Assembly (NCBI GenBank): GCA_030390025.1 | Contig: CM059432.1 | Coordinates: 150,786,001-150,850,000 of the forward strand | Length of the DNA stretch: 64,000 nucleotides | Origin: Squalus acanthias | Taxonomy: Eukaryota | Direction: 5' to 3' | Shown: in pieces, positions 1 through 12,227 of the stretch | Numbering within the stretch: the stretch's first letter is position 1 | Layout: every line of letters starts with the position of its first letter | Position numbers and translations under genes: made by a program | Notes under the pieces: generated by a model | Seen by the model: only the letters and a program-made list of their open reading frames with translations | Database searches by the model: none | What the model was told of the DNA's origin: nothing

Positions 1-183
1 TCCCTGGGCTGCAAGTGAGCCACACCTGCGAGCCCACCTGAGCAGCGGTGACCAGACCTGGGGGTTAATGTTTTGGGGGAGAACATCTCTGGGCTTCCTC
101 ACAGTGCGTGGATGGAAATTTCCCCTCCAGACTGTAACTACTTCCCGTTTTCTCAGTTTAAAACAAGTAACATAGTTTCATGC

Positions 184-642
184 AAAAGCAAAATGCTGCG
201 GATGCTGGAAATCTGAAATAAACACAGAAAACGCTGGAAACACTCAGCAGGCCAGGCAGCATCTGTGGAGAGAGAAACAGAGTTAACGTTTCAGGTCGAG
301 ACCCTTCGTCAGAACTGGAGAAAGTTAGAGATGGAACAGGTTTTTAAGCAAGTGTAGGGGGCAGGGAAAGGGAGGAAAGAACAAAAGGGAAGGTCTGTGA
401 TAGGATGCAGATTAAGAGACAAAAGGGATGATGGTGCAAGGCAAAAGGAGATGGTAATGGGACAAGTTAAGAAACAAAAGATGACTCTTGATGAGGTGTA
501 AATGCAATGGCAGAATGATTGACAGCTGCCATGTGAGAGAGAAAAAAAATGAAAAAAAGATAGGGGGGCAAAGGTTATGGTCTGTTTCTCTACAGATGCT
601 GCCTGACCTGCTGAGTATTTCCAGCATTTTCTGTTTTTATTT
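184..642 (-). mobile_element. Penelope-like element remnant (terminal repeat with a short inverted copy)
   Basis: 184-345 is the reverse complement of the same kind of repeat that flanks the Penelope element at 52338/55539. An inverted partial copy lies at ~582-642. Confidence 0.75.
281..316 (-). ncRNA. Minimal type I hammerhead ribozyme motif
   Basis: Minus strand reads AGTT-CTGACGA-A-GGGTC-TC-GACCT-GAAA-CG-TT-AACT: CUGANGA/GAAA core, stems I and II, palindromic short stem III. Confidence 0.7.
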
Positions 643-1074
643 GGGTGGTGATATGAATTTTTGGCTGGTGCATCTGTCTGTCTGCTCTTCAGGTCTCTGG
701 TTCTTGGTGCTGAAGACAGTGATGTTAATCTGGCTCCATTGCATACCCGGGGGGGCAAGCCTTTGAATCCAGAGTTAGTTCACAGGTGAAAGGAAGCAAA
801 TAGCACCACGCAGACAAATGGGATGATTGTATTCAATGGGCTTGCGATACTTGTATTCCAAAGAGTGGTCTCAATTATTTTAACTTTTTAAAAATTGTAT
901 TTGTATTATTTGTTGAGGTTGAGTTGGTTCCAAGATGACACACCCGGGGATGGGAGATTAGAATCAAGCTGATTTTCTGTGGCAGGCTTGGTGATCCAAT
1001 ATCTGAGCAAGGAGCTCTGCACTTTTTAAGGCACGAGTGACGATTGGCCAGCCTGCCATTGATTGGATGTTATA

Positions 1075-2230
1075 GACATAGACATAGGAGATAGGAGCAG
1101 GTGTAGGCCATTCGGCCCCTCGAGCCTGCTCTGCCATTTAATGAGATCATGGCTGATCATCCAAATTCAGTACCCTGTCTCTGCTTTCTCCCCATATCCC
1201 TTGATCCCTTTAGCCTTAAGAAATATATCTATCTCCTTCTTGAATATATTTAATGAATTGGCCTCAACTGCCTTCTGTGGTAGAGAATTCCACAGGTTCA
1301 CCACTCTCTGGGTGAAGAAATTCTTCCTCATCTCAGTCCTAAATGGGTTACCCCTTATCTTTGAACTGTGACCCCTGGTTCTGGACCCCCCCGCCATCGG
1401 GAACATCCTTCCTGCATCTAGTCTGTCTAGTCCTGTTAGAATTTTATAAGTTTCAATGAGATCCCCTCTCATTCTTCTAAACTCTAGTGAATATAAGCCT
1501 AATCGACCCAATCTCTCCTCATACGTCATTCCTGCCATCCCAAGTAAATCTTCGCTGCACTCCCTCCATGGCAAGAACATCCTTCCTCAGATAAGGCGAC
1601 CAAAACTGCACACAATACTCAAGGTATGGTCTCACCAAGGCCCTGTACAACTGCAGCAAGACATCCTTGCTCCTGTACTCGAATCCTTTCACTATGAAGG
1701 CCAACATACTATTTGCCTTCTTAACCGCCTGCTGCACCTGCATGCTTACCTTCAGCGACTGGTGCACAAGGACACCCAGGTCTCATTGCACTTCCCCTTC
1801 TCCCAATCTATTGTCGTTCAGATAATAATCTGCCTTCCTGTTTTTGCCACCAAAGTGGATAACCTCGCATTTATCCACATTATACTGCATCTGCCATGCA
1901 TCTGCCCAATCACCCAACCTGTCCAAATCATACTGGAGTTTCTCTGCATCCTCCTCACAGCACACACGCCCACCCAGCTTTGTGTCGTCTGCAAACTTGG
2001 AGATATTACATCTAGTTCCCTCGTCTAGATCATTAATATATATTGTGAATAGCTAGGGTCCGAGCACCGATCCCTGCAGTACCCCACTAGTCACTGCCTG
2101 CCACTCGGAAAAAGACCCGTTTGTTCCAACTCTTTGCTTCCTGTCTGCCAACCAGTTCTCTATCCAAGTCAGTACCTTACCCCCAATCCCATGTGCTTTA
2201 ACTTTACACGCTAATGTCTTATGCCAAAGA
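1075..2230 (-). mobile_element. CR1 LINE, 5'-truncated, degraded RT and 3' end
   Basis: Fragments GVLQGSVLGP, WQMQYNVDKC, LVRPYLEYCVQFWSP, RNFFTQRVVNLWNSLP-type tail domain; ctatgt-type tail. Confidence 0.92.
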
Positions 2231-2720
2231 GCTGGCATTGTTCCCACTGAGCTTCAGATAACCCTGAAAGTTATTGCCCTAATAGCTAATAATTGTTCTA
2301 ATAGCTAATACGATTCATTTTACATGTTTGACAAGTAAAATGAACCTTGCCAGTGCTGTATGTTGTTAAGCTGCATGCTTTTACTCCTACACACACTTAG
2401 TATGTTATAGCGCTTCGGTATCAGCCCACTTACACCCGTACCAGCTCTCTGAAACAGCTATCCATTTAGTCCCATTCCCCTGTTTCCGCCACTGTTTTTG
2501 GCAGGGCAATCCATGTCCTAACTACCCTCTGTATAAATAAATGTCTCCTAGCCTCTCGCTTCAGTCTTTTGATGATTTTAATTATGTCTTTTAGTTACAA
2601 CACACTGATCAGTAGAAATAGGTTTCCCCAATATAACTTATCAAAACCCCTCAAAATTTTGAACACTTTGATCAAATCAACGGAATCCCCAACCAGTAAC
2701 TTTTGCCAGTCTCACTTAAT

Positions 2721-3482
2721 GGCCCAAAACTTCGGCTGAATACGGGAGAGTACGAACTGTGTACTCTCGCGTATTCGGTCCCGAAGTGCCGGTTTCCTGC
2801 ATGCACTGCGCATGCGCGGGAAACCGGCACTTCCGGTATTGCTAAGGGGGCGGTTCCTAAGTGAACCGCGTGCGCACTACAGGCTGTGCGCACGCAGCAC
2901 ACTTAGGTTTTTTTTCAGGTTTCAATGCGAGGGTAAGTATTGAAGATTTTACACATGAAGAAAGGAGGCGTAAGACCCCCTTTTAACAAGGTAAGTAGTT
3001 AATTAAGTATTATTTAAAAAAAATTCAATAGGTTTATCTTTTTTAGAGACTTTAAAGAAAGGTAAGTTTATTTTTATAACTTTTAAAAAGAATTTAAATT
3101 TTTTCAAAAATTAAAATTTTTGTTTAAAGTGGTTAATTTATTTAACTATAGTTATTTTATTAATGTGATGGTTTTTTTTTAATTTATTTGAGGTTTAGCT
3201 GTTCTTTTGGGGGCAATTTGTATTCATAGTTTTGACAGTTCTCCTGTCAAAACTATGAATGAAAGATGGTGTGCTGCCATTGGCTCTCCATGGCCCACGT
3301 GATCCCAGAGGTCGCATCGAACTAACTGCGCCTCTGGGACACGCACACACTGCGCGCCGGCACCAGGGAGAGGCCCAGGACCAGAAGTTCATGTGGGCCC
3401 GAAACATAAAGGCAGGCGCGGTAGGTAAGATCGCGCGCGATCCTTACCCCCGCGGCAAGCCTCCAAGTCCAATTTCTGGGCC
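2721..3482. mobile_element. PIF/Harbinger non-autonomous element (hairpin-rich MITE family A), copy 1
   Basis: TIRs GGCCCAAAACTT / AATTTCTGGGCC, 3-bp TSD AAT, homologous copy at 32456-34066. Confidence 0.85.
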
Positions 3483-4085
3483 AATTTCTCTTGGCTTATG
3501 TATCCCAATGGGGAGAGAGCTTGCTCTCCATGCCAAGCAAACAAATTACTTAGATAGATTTCTTAGTCATGGGCATTATCATTGATGGCATATAGTTTAA
3601 TTCTTTAGGTTTTTTGGAGGTGTCTATCCCCAAGTACTCATAATCTTGTCCTTGTGCCGATAAATTGAGAATAACAAAATGGAACAGGTGGATTAGATGC
3701 TGTTAATCCCCCTATGTTTGTGTTACCTATCTGAGGAAATTGCTCAATATCAAGCTCTGTTTCAATCAGAAGAAAACACCATGGCCGGAATCTTTACCTT
3801 GGAGTTGGGTCAGGTGCGTGCGCGCCACGTAGCGGGTCGGGAACCCAAAGATTTGAACAGCGCGTTCTGCACTGCGTGTTTAACTCAATGGCCCCAATTA
3901 AAAGAGTCATGAGCGTTTCATGGCCCAATTAAAGGGAGCGGGTGTGATGACGGCACCCATGACTCATTTTCAGCACAGAAATTTAAAGCAGCCTTGCACA
4001 CATCTCATTTGAAGGTTGCTGTAGGAGTAGAACGTGGTTTCAAGAGCTCTAAATTGCTGAATAAGACTGACAAATCTGTGGGTCA

Positions 4086-5110
4086 TGGAGACAAGACAGA
4101 GGGCAGCACCAAGATTTACAGATGCCTCCCTGGAAGTGTTGGTGCAGGGAGGAAGAGCACACAGGGTGGTCCTCTTCCCTGGGGGTGGTTGAAAATGACC
4201 AACCAAAGAGATAACTAGGGCATGGCTAGAGATCGCAGAGGAGGTCAGTAACTGGGATGTCAGGTGGATCCGGTGCCACAAATGATTCAATGATCTCATG
4301 AGGTCAGGAAAGGTGAGTGCAATGCCACACTCACCTATATCCTGATGTGCCTGTCACCCCAACCCCATCACTCTGCCTTCCCGAGCCTAGTCCTGCACAT
4401 CGCTCCTCACACCAACCTACCTTGCAGGTCCACTCATCCCTCACTCTCTATGCACCTGCTCACATCCCCATCTGACTATCCACCACTAACACTCACCCTC
4501 ATCCTAATGCAATCATAGCAAGGAGGCCATTTGGCAATGTCACCCCACTCCCTCATAGTCACCCTCTACAGATGTAGCCCATCCATTCCTTACACTTATT
4601 CCATCACTCTCACTCAAAGTTCTCTTCTTTCCCTCCTTGCAGGAGAAGAGAGTGCACAACAACAGGGAGAGGCAGAGAACCCGAGGTGGCCCTCCAGTCT
4701 TCAGTAATTTGACACCAGCAGAGGAGCACGCCCTCGAAATCTCTGGAGCTACAGAGCTGCTGGCGGTGGGAGATGGAGAGAGGGGGACCTCCCAGCAACC
4801 TGGTGACAGAATTAAATCTCATACAGCCATATGGCATACAGCAGTTACTCATATGGTGACTGATGTCAGCAGCCAGTGAAATGTCATCATGTGCATAATG
4901 GTAACGTTACCCATTCTTATCATAACACTTCTAATTCATCTCTTTACTCTCCCACAGGTCCATCAAGTGCCGCCCCCCCCCACCCCACTGTCCAGCCGGA
5001 GGAGGAAGACGACTCCTCAGAGGAAGCTCCAGTCTCTGAGGGTGCACCGTCAGCAGACTCATGCGCACCCAGCACCAGCGCAGATACGCACACCTCAGTG
5101 GGTCCTATGT
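4086..5110 (+). pseudogene. Harbinger Myb/SANT-like partner gene, 3 exons, disrupted
   Basis: APRFTD..CHK*FNDL motif, donor AAG|gtgagt ~4312, acceptor ~4642 (EKRVHNNRERQRTRGG), acceptor ~4957; contains stops. Confidence 0.75.
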
Positions 5111-5871
5111 AAGTCTGTTTGGAGGAGCGAAGAGCTGAGAGAGGGCGGACTGGCACAGCACGAAAGAGTCATGATAGCTGCCAGGGAATCTGGCGCACAC
5201 ATGTATGATGATCTTTTTATGGTTGCAGACGAGCTGCACATTGAGGGAGTGGAAGCTCTTGCGGTTCACAAACACTCCTGGGTGATGTGGAGGTGCCTTG
5301 ATGGCCACATATGTGCAGTCAATAATGCCTTGCACCTGTGGGAAGCCAGCCAGAGCCGCAAAGCCAAACGCCCGCTCAGTAACACTGGCCTCAGCAGTGG
5401 CAAAGTTTACATAAGTGGCTGACTTGTCAAACATGGCATCGGTCACCTGGGTGATGCATCTGTGGGCGGCCAACTGCAAGATCCTGCAAATGTCTCCTGC
5501 AGATCCATGGAAGGAGCCTGAGGCAAAGAAGTTGAGGGCGGTGGTGGCCACCGGCAAGGGGTGTTCACCAGGTCCTCTGGGCAGCAGGTCTTGTTCCAGC
5601 AAGCTACAAATGTCTGCGATGGCCTGACACGATAGCCTGAGCCCCCTGTCCATGTCCAGGAAGCACATCCTCTGCCTGTATACGCTGTGTTGGGAGTATC
5701 GCCTCCGGCGCTTTGCAGCCCTGTGCTGACCCCCTCTCTCCTGTGGAGCATCAGGTCATTGAGGAGAAGGCTGTTGGTGTTGCTGCTGCTGGTGTGGCTG
5801 GTGCTTTTGGTCTGGGGCTCATCTTGGTCCAATTCTGAGGTCCAAGTTGAGACAGCATAAGCGGCACCCAT
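5105..5871 (-). pseudogene. Harbinger transposase (HARBI1-like DDE), 3'-truncated
   Basis: [45 protein letters not shown] motifs. Confidence 0.9.
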
Positions 5872-5886
5872 GCTGATCTAATAGAT

Positions 5887-6097
5887 TGAGAGGTCGCACA
5901 ACACCAGGTTATAGTCCAACAGTTTTATTTGAAATCACAAGCTTTCGGAGCTTACTACTCCTTCGTCACTTCACCCGACGAAGGAGTAGTAAGCTCCGAA
6001 AGCTTGTGATTTCAAATAAAACTGTTGGACTATAACCTGGTGTTGTGCGACCTCTCAATTTTGTCCACCCCAGTCCAACACCGGCATCTCCGCATCA
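5887..6097. mobile_element. Penelope-type foldback insertion (inverted terminal repeat plus tail)
   Basis: Near-perfect palindrome ~5885-6059, unpaired tail ttgtccaccccagtccaacaccggcatctcc, 13-bp TSD TGATCTAATAGAT, hammerhead-like core at 5971-6009. Confidence 0.85.
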
Positions 6098-6854
6098 TGA
6101 TCTAATAGATGGCAGGTAAAGTGGAGATCAGAGGCCCAATCACTCAATGTTCTGATAGTGACTAGCAATGTGGTGAGAGTGGCTTCCGAGTTTGCAGAAA
6201 TGACCTGCAAACTCCTGACAGCTAAATCTCTGCTCAAAATGGTGTCAGCAAGAGCCTTTCCATTAGGCAAGGAAGCAGGTGTAAGGTGGGAGTCTTTGTG
6301 TTTTTTCCAGCTGTCAATTAATGGACTCGCACAATGGCCACTGAGCTTCCACCTCCCCTTCACAAGCGAGGTTCCCGAGGTGCGTGAATCCCGTGCGTCA
6401 AAAGTTAAAGCCAACATCTGATGTTCAAAAGCTTATTAAATGTCTCTCAACAAGCATTTAAGCACTTCATTGAGGTCGCCCGCCTCTCCCGAGCGGGTCT
6501 GTGGCGTGCTGGGAAACGCGCCCAAGTTAAATGCGAAAGTCGGCGGGATGACGGCGGGTTCCCAACGCGCTGGCAATTTCCGCGATTTTACCTGCTGACC
6601 CGCCCCCAAACCCGCACGCTCGGCACTGGGAAAATTCCATCCCATGGTGCAAGTGGGCAATGATGAGGTGGATCACAGTTTATACATGGGGCCTGGGGAT
6701 GTTGAAGGAGAACAACAAGCTAACTGGATTACAAATATATTTCTGTATGATAGTACCCAGTTAATTAAAAAAAAAGTAGGTGAGTTGAATATATGAGTAA
6801 ATTGGTGATTATTTTTGCCTTGGGATGCCTACATCCTAAGAACGAATTAAAAAA

Positions 6855-6960
6855 ATCACACCTGATAAAGGCTTTGTATGTGGGACAAACTGTACGTTTT
6901 AGGGAACAGATGGAGATTGGAAGAGGTGTGCAACAAGAATGCTGCCTATCACCTGCGTTG
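6855..6960 (+). mobile_element. Old RTE-like LINE RT fragment
   Basis: Translates to LIKALY..IGRGVQQECCLSPAL, resembling the GVRQGCxLSP RT motif. Confidence 0.4.
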
Positions 6961-6969
6961 TGAGGAGGA

Positions 6970-7040
6970 GGAAGCGCCTTGGGGCGTTTTACTACGTTAA
7001 AGGTGCTATATAAATACAAGTTGTTGTTGTTGTAGTTGTT
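6970..7040 (+). mobile_element. L2-type LINE 3' tail
   Basis: gaagcgccttgggg..aaaggtgctatataaatacaag(ttg)n matches the tail at 13122-13182. Confidence 0.7.
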
Positions 7041-7299
7041 GAAGGGTGGCTACAAAATAGACAGCCCCTTTCTGCCAGCTCTACATGATCAAATTATTCA
7101 TGAGCGATACCAGTAACCTCAACTACACCTCCTCATTGACCAACAGTCTCACACTCATTACCTTCCTCGCATTGACCATCACATTGTTCTCTTTCTGACA
7201 ACACATATTGTTTCCTCCTTAAGTTCACCACGGAAATAAAAACCACCGCCAAATGCAAATTCAAATCCAAATTTATCAGTTCAATACTTAAATAATACA

Positions 7300-7800
7300 C
7301 ATACCCTTGTGCATTCCCTTAGTGCCTACCTTCTGTGTGCCTTTACCTTTCCTAGTGCTCCTACGAGGTGCTTCCCCAGTGGCTGCAGCATGGAGGTGGA
7401 AGGGCGCTGACCTTCAATTGAGGAGACTGCAGATGGTCTTGGAGGACAACCTCGAGCAGCCTAGAGGGCCCGGCTTCAGACTGCACCATCTCGACCTGGG
7501 CTGCAGTCGTCTGGGCTGACTGACTGACAGCAAGAGCTCTGGCGGAGTGACGGGGTGTGAGCAGGAATGCTGTCATCCTGAGAGAGGACACCAGGTTCCT
7601 GTTCCATGGAGCCACTACCACCCTCCTCAGCAATCCTGGTGATCTGTTGAAGAACAAGTTGATGGACTGCTGTGACACCCGGGAAGCCCCTTTCAACAGT
7701 GGCATCCAGAGCCACAGTGGCTGCTCCTTGACATTGAGTGCAGGCTTTCTGACAGGCTTTCCAGTGCACCAAGTATTTGGTTGTGTCTTCTTCTGTAGCC
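7300..7800 (-). mobile_element. Harbinger Myb/SANT partner gene last-exon remnant
   Basis: Collinear similarity to 21400-21850 (QSAQTTAAQVEMVQSEAGPS vs QPAQTAAAHAEVVQSTAGPS). Confidence 0.65.
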
Positions 7801-7856
7801 TGGGCCATCAAAGTCCTCATCTGACTCCTCCCCCGGCCTGGCCCCTGCACATTTGT

Positions 7857-8467
7857 GCCTCCCGCGAAATACAGCGGGAGATTAGCAGCGGCACTAACCA
7901 GTAGCGTGGCGCTGCGCCGCCGGCGATGAGGTCATCGCCGTGCGCAGTGCCCCGCTTGCGCCCCAGCCGCGAAGTTCGGGAGCGCCCCCTGACTTACCGC
8001 CGGACGCTATGTCCAACGGGATCATGGGGGCCTATCTGCAGCCGGGGAGGCGCTATTTAAAGGCGAGGTGCCGGGCGGCCATTTTTGTTGCTGGCCGCCT
8101 GCCTATGCTCCCGTCCCTGGCCTCCTGAACCCCACCCCACCCATGGAGTGCCGGCTGCGCTCCAAGAGCCCGGCACTTCTCTTGAGTGCTGGGCTCTTTT
8201 GCCGCACTCCCGATCCACGGGGGCCCAGCTGGGCCCCGGGTCGCGCTGCACAAGGCCCCTCCCCTTTAAGAAGGGGAGGAAGGCCTGCAATACCGCGGCA
8301 CGTAGCGCCGCAAGAAGGATGCGGGGCACTTCCAGCAGCACCCCGCTTCCCTCTTGGGGCGCAACCACTCAATTTCCAGTGCGGGGTCATTAATTTTTCC
8401 GGGGCGCTAAAAGTAGCGCCCCGGTGAAGTTAGCGCCCCAGATGGGGCGCGACTCAATTTTTAGCCC
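7857..8467. mobile_element. Harbinger-type MITE, partial
   Basis: Right end AATTTTTAGCCC resembles the other TIRs; TAGCGCC/GGCGCTA repeats, TATTTAAAGG motif, CpG-rich. Confidence 0.6.
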
Positions 8468-8469
8468 AA

Positions 8470-9687
8470 AGTGCTGTCTTCACACTGAGGACACCCTCCA
8501 TCGTGTTGTGTGGTACTACCACCGTGTTAATGGGATAGATTCAGAACAGATCTAGCCGCTCAAAACTGGGCATCCATGAGACGCTGTGGGCCATCAGCAG
8601 GTGAATTGTATTCCATCACAATCTGTAACCTCATGGCCCGGCATATCCCTCACTCTACAATTACCATCAAGCCAGGGGACCAACCCTCGTTCAATGAGGA
8701 GTGCAGAAAAGCATGCCAGGAACAGCACCAGGCATATCTAAAAATGAGGTGCCAACCTGGTGAAGCTACAACACAGGACTACGTGCATGCTAACGGATCA
8801 GATCAAAGCTCTGCAGTCCTGCCACAGCCAGTCGTGAATGGTGGTGGACCATTAAACAGCTAACGGGAGGAGGAGGCTCCATGAATATCCCAATCCTCAA
8901 TGATGGCAGAGCCCAGCACGTGAGTGCAAAAGACAAGGCTGATGTTTTTGCAATCATCTTCAGCCAGAAGTGCCAAGTAGATGATCCAAAACGGCCTCCT
9001 CCTGAGGTCCCCACCATCACAGAAGCCAGTCTTCAGCCAATTCGATTCACTCCACATGATATCAAGCAACGGCTGAGTGTACTGGATACAGCAAAGGCTA
9101 TGGGCCCTGACAACATCCCAGCTGTAGTGCTGAAGACTTGTGCTCCAGAACTAGCCACGCCTCTAGCCAAGCTGTTCCAGTACAGCTACAACACTGGCAT
9201 CTATCTGACAATGTGGAAAATTGCCCAGGTATGTCCTGTCCACAAATAGCAGGACAAATCCAATTCGGCCAATTACCGCCCCATCAGTCTGCTCTCAATC
9301 ACCAGCAGTGATAGAAGTTGTCATCGACAGTGCCATCAAGCGGCACTTACTCACCAATAACCTGCTCACCAATGCTCAGTTTGGGTTCTGTCAGGACTAC
9401 TCGGCTCCAGACCTCATTACAGCCTTGGTCCAAACATGGACAAAGGAGCTGAATTCCAGAGGTGAGGTGAGAGTGACTGCCCTTGACCTCAAGGCAGCAT
9501 TTGACCGAGTGTGGCATCAAGGAGCCCTAGTAAAACTGAAGTCAATGGAATCGAGGGGAAAATTCTCCACTGGCTGGAGTCATACCTAACACAAAGGAAG
9601 ATGGTTGTGGTTGTTGGAGGCCAATCATCTCAGCCCCAGGACATCGCTGCAGGAGTTCCTCAGGGCAGTGTCCTCGGCCCAACCACC
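8470..9687 (+). mobile_element. CR1/L2-group LINE ORF2 fragment (same family as 30843-34916)
   Basis: KAMGPDNIP, QFGF, ALDLKAAFDRVWH, GVPQGSVLGP; frameshifts and stops. Confidence 0.88.
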
Positions 9688-10026
9688 CAACAGTGGATAT
9701 TGTCTATATGGACTTCTAGAAGGAATTAGATAAGGTTCTGCACAAAAGATTATTAGCATGGAAATGGAGGTAACCTTAGGACCTGGGTTGAAACTCAGTT
9801 GGGAGGTAGGAGATGGAAAGTAGGCATAAATATAATGTCCTCTGATTGGTGGAATGTGAAAAGTGGTGTTTCTCAGGGCCTCAGCTTTCCACCATATATA
9901 TTGACGACTTGGATGAAGGAATAGAGAGCTGTGTATCCAAGTTAGGTCACAGACCAACCACGATCTCATTGAATGGTGAAACAGGCTTGAGGGGCTAAAT
10001 GGCCTCCGCCTGTTCCTTTGTTCCTA
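9688..10026 (+). mobile_element. CR1 LINE fragments with internal deletions
   Basis: VDIVYMDF-like segment plus CR1 3' UTR (gaatggtgaaacaggcttgaggggctaaatggcct). Confidence 0.6.
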
Positions 10027-10905
10027 TGAGAGCACAGAACACCAGGGAGAGGGAGAGAACCTGGGGGATGGCAGGGCCCTCTGCAGATCACGCAGCTCAC
10101 AACTGCAGAGGAGGAGGTGCTGGAAATAAGTGGTGTTATGGTGTGCTTGGCTGTCGGAAGTGGAGATACAAGGAGTTCTCAGGTACCTGGTGACACAATT
10201 AAATAAAAGGCACCCACATGTCATACGGCACTCAGTCATGTTGACTTGGTTTCAACAGCGAGTGAAATATGATCATCTTTTAATGATAACTTGCAACATT
10301 CTTAGCTTGCTGAGACTAATTCATGTCTTTTATCTCCCATGGGGTCTTCACGTGTACAGTAGGAGTCATTGGAGATCACTGACGACGATTCCTCGAAAGA
10401 ACTGAGTCCTTCTGAGGGTGCACCATCACAGGACTCATTCAGACCATGCACCAGCTCAGATACTCGCACTTCGGTGGGACAAGTAAGACAGATAGTTGGG
10501 GTTTCACCTCGTGACTCACAAGTGAACAAAAGCAGATGGCGGGGAGACCGTGTCGGAGGGCTTAGCCCTCTCCTAGCTTTGCTCAGTTGAACACAGATGC
10601 TGTACCTCGGGAGTTGTTGATGAAGAGAAGAATCCTTGAGCAGCAGCAGACAATGTGCAATGCACTCACATGCCTTCAAAGTAGACTCACGTTGACTGCG
10701 GAGAGATTGGAGGAGTTCACCTCATGCATGAGGGGAGTGATGTTACAGGCCACTGAAATGATATCTTCTTCCATGGATAGTGTGGCCAGCGCCATGAACC
10801 GTCAAACGCTCCAATCAAATGAGTCCATGCACGGCTTCAACACCACCGTGCAGACTCTGGATGCTACCTTAAACGGGTTGACAGATACTTTAGTCTTGGC
10901 ATTAC
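10027..10905 (+). mobile_element. Harbinger Myb/SANT partner gene remnant (exons 2-3)
   Basis: AQNTRERERTWG and SEGAPS..CTSSDTRTSVG, homologous to the other copies. Confidence 0.7.
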
Positions 10906-10974
10906 GGGGGGGGGGGTGGGGTGGGGGAAGCAGGAAGAGTGGCCATTGCATTTTCTGCTGACATGGATCTACTG

Positions 10975-12080
10975 GTGCAACCTAAGTGAACCTTGCATTA
11001 ATAAGGGCGTTCCTGGCATCCCGGGCAGCAATATGAACAGCTGGGGTTGCATTTCCTTCACCCCCCTCTTCCTCCTCCCCCTCCGAATCGTCCGAGGAGG
11101 ATCTGAGCTCTTCGCCTTGTTCCTCCTGCAGGCCCAAGCCTCACTCTTGTGCAGAGTATAGCAAACCATGACCATTCTGGAGACCCTGGCTGGCGTGTAC
11201 TGAAGCGCACTAGATCTGTTGAGGCACGTGGAGCGCATCTTCAGCATGCCGATGGGCTGCTCAGTCACACATCTGGTGGTGATATGACATTCATTGTTGT
11301 GCTGTTGGGCTTCAGTGTTGGGGTTTCTGATGAGACAAGTTTGGAGTGTATATCCCTTGTCTACTAGCAGGCACCCCTTAAGTCTGCTTCCAGGTGCAAA
11401 GAGATCAGGGAGCTCAGACTGCCGCAGGATGAAAGCATCATGGCAGCTGCCCAGGAATCTTGTGCACACCTGTATAAAGATCTTTTGTGGTTGCACACCA
11501 GCTGCACATTGATGGAGTGGAAGCTCTTGCGGTTGACAAACACTCCTGGTTGTTCTGGGGGTGCCCGGATTGCCACGTGTGTGCAGTCGATGGCGCCCTG
11601 CACTTGTGGAAAGCCAGCCAGGCAGAACGCCCGCCAATTCTGACTGCCACCATCGCAGGCAAAGTTGACATAATTGCCGGCCCTGGCAAACAAGCCATCA
11701 GTGACCTGTCTAATGCATTTGTGGGTGGCTGACTGTTGAGGGCGGTGGTGACTTTGCGAGCCACTGGTAACGTGTGGCCACCAGGTCCAGCAGGCAGCAG
11801 GTCTTCTTCTAAGAGGCTGCCGATGTCTTCCACCACCTGATGTGATACCCTGAGCCTCCTGAGACACTAGTGTTCAGACATGTTAAGGAAACAGCCTCTG
11901 CCTGTAGAGCCTGTTTCGTGAGCTGCACCTCTACCGGCACCTTCTCTGCTGGTCCCCACTCTACTGGTCACCTGTCTTCTGTGCAGCTACAGGTCTGTGA
12001 CCAGCAGGCTGCGGGTGCTGTTGCTGGTCACCTCGGTCCTCATCTGAAGTTCAATTTAAGGGAACATAAGTGGCACCCAT
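10975..12080 (-). pseudogene. Harbinger transposase (HARBI1-like), frameshifted
   Basis: [48 protein letters not shown] spread across frames. Confidence 0.88.
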
Positions 12081-12227
12081 CCTGATGTGATAGAGCAAAC
12101 CTGCAAAGTGTAGAAAGTAGCCACCAAAGTGTAGAAAATAACGTCTCAGCAAAAGTTCTGTGAACAAACCCTTTCCCACGAGCAGGTAAGAAAGCAGCTG
12201 AGTATTTATTGGCATATTTCCCTGAGA

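Larger units (their letters stand above)
3783..6642. mobile_element. PIF/Harbinger transposon, internally deleted
   Basis: Imperfect TIRs GGCCGGAATCTTT / AAAATTCCATCC, TSD CAT. Myb/SANT remnant on + and HARBI1-like remnant on -, both cut at ~5110. Confidence 0.85.

Noticed and set aside
5105..5871. Domesticated host HARBI1 or NAIF1/MSANTD genes
   Set aside because: All copies are disrupted, multi-copy and lie within TE boundaries, so no gene symbols were assigned.
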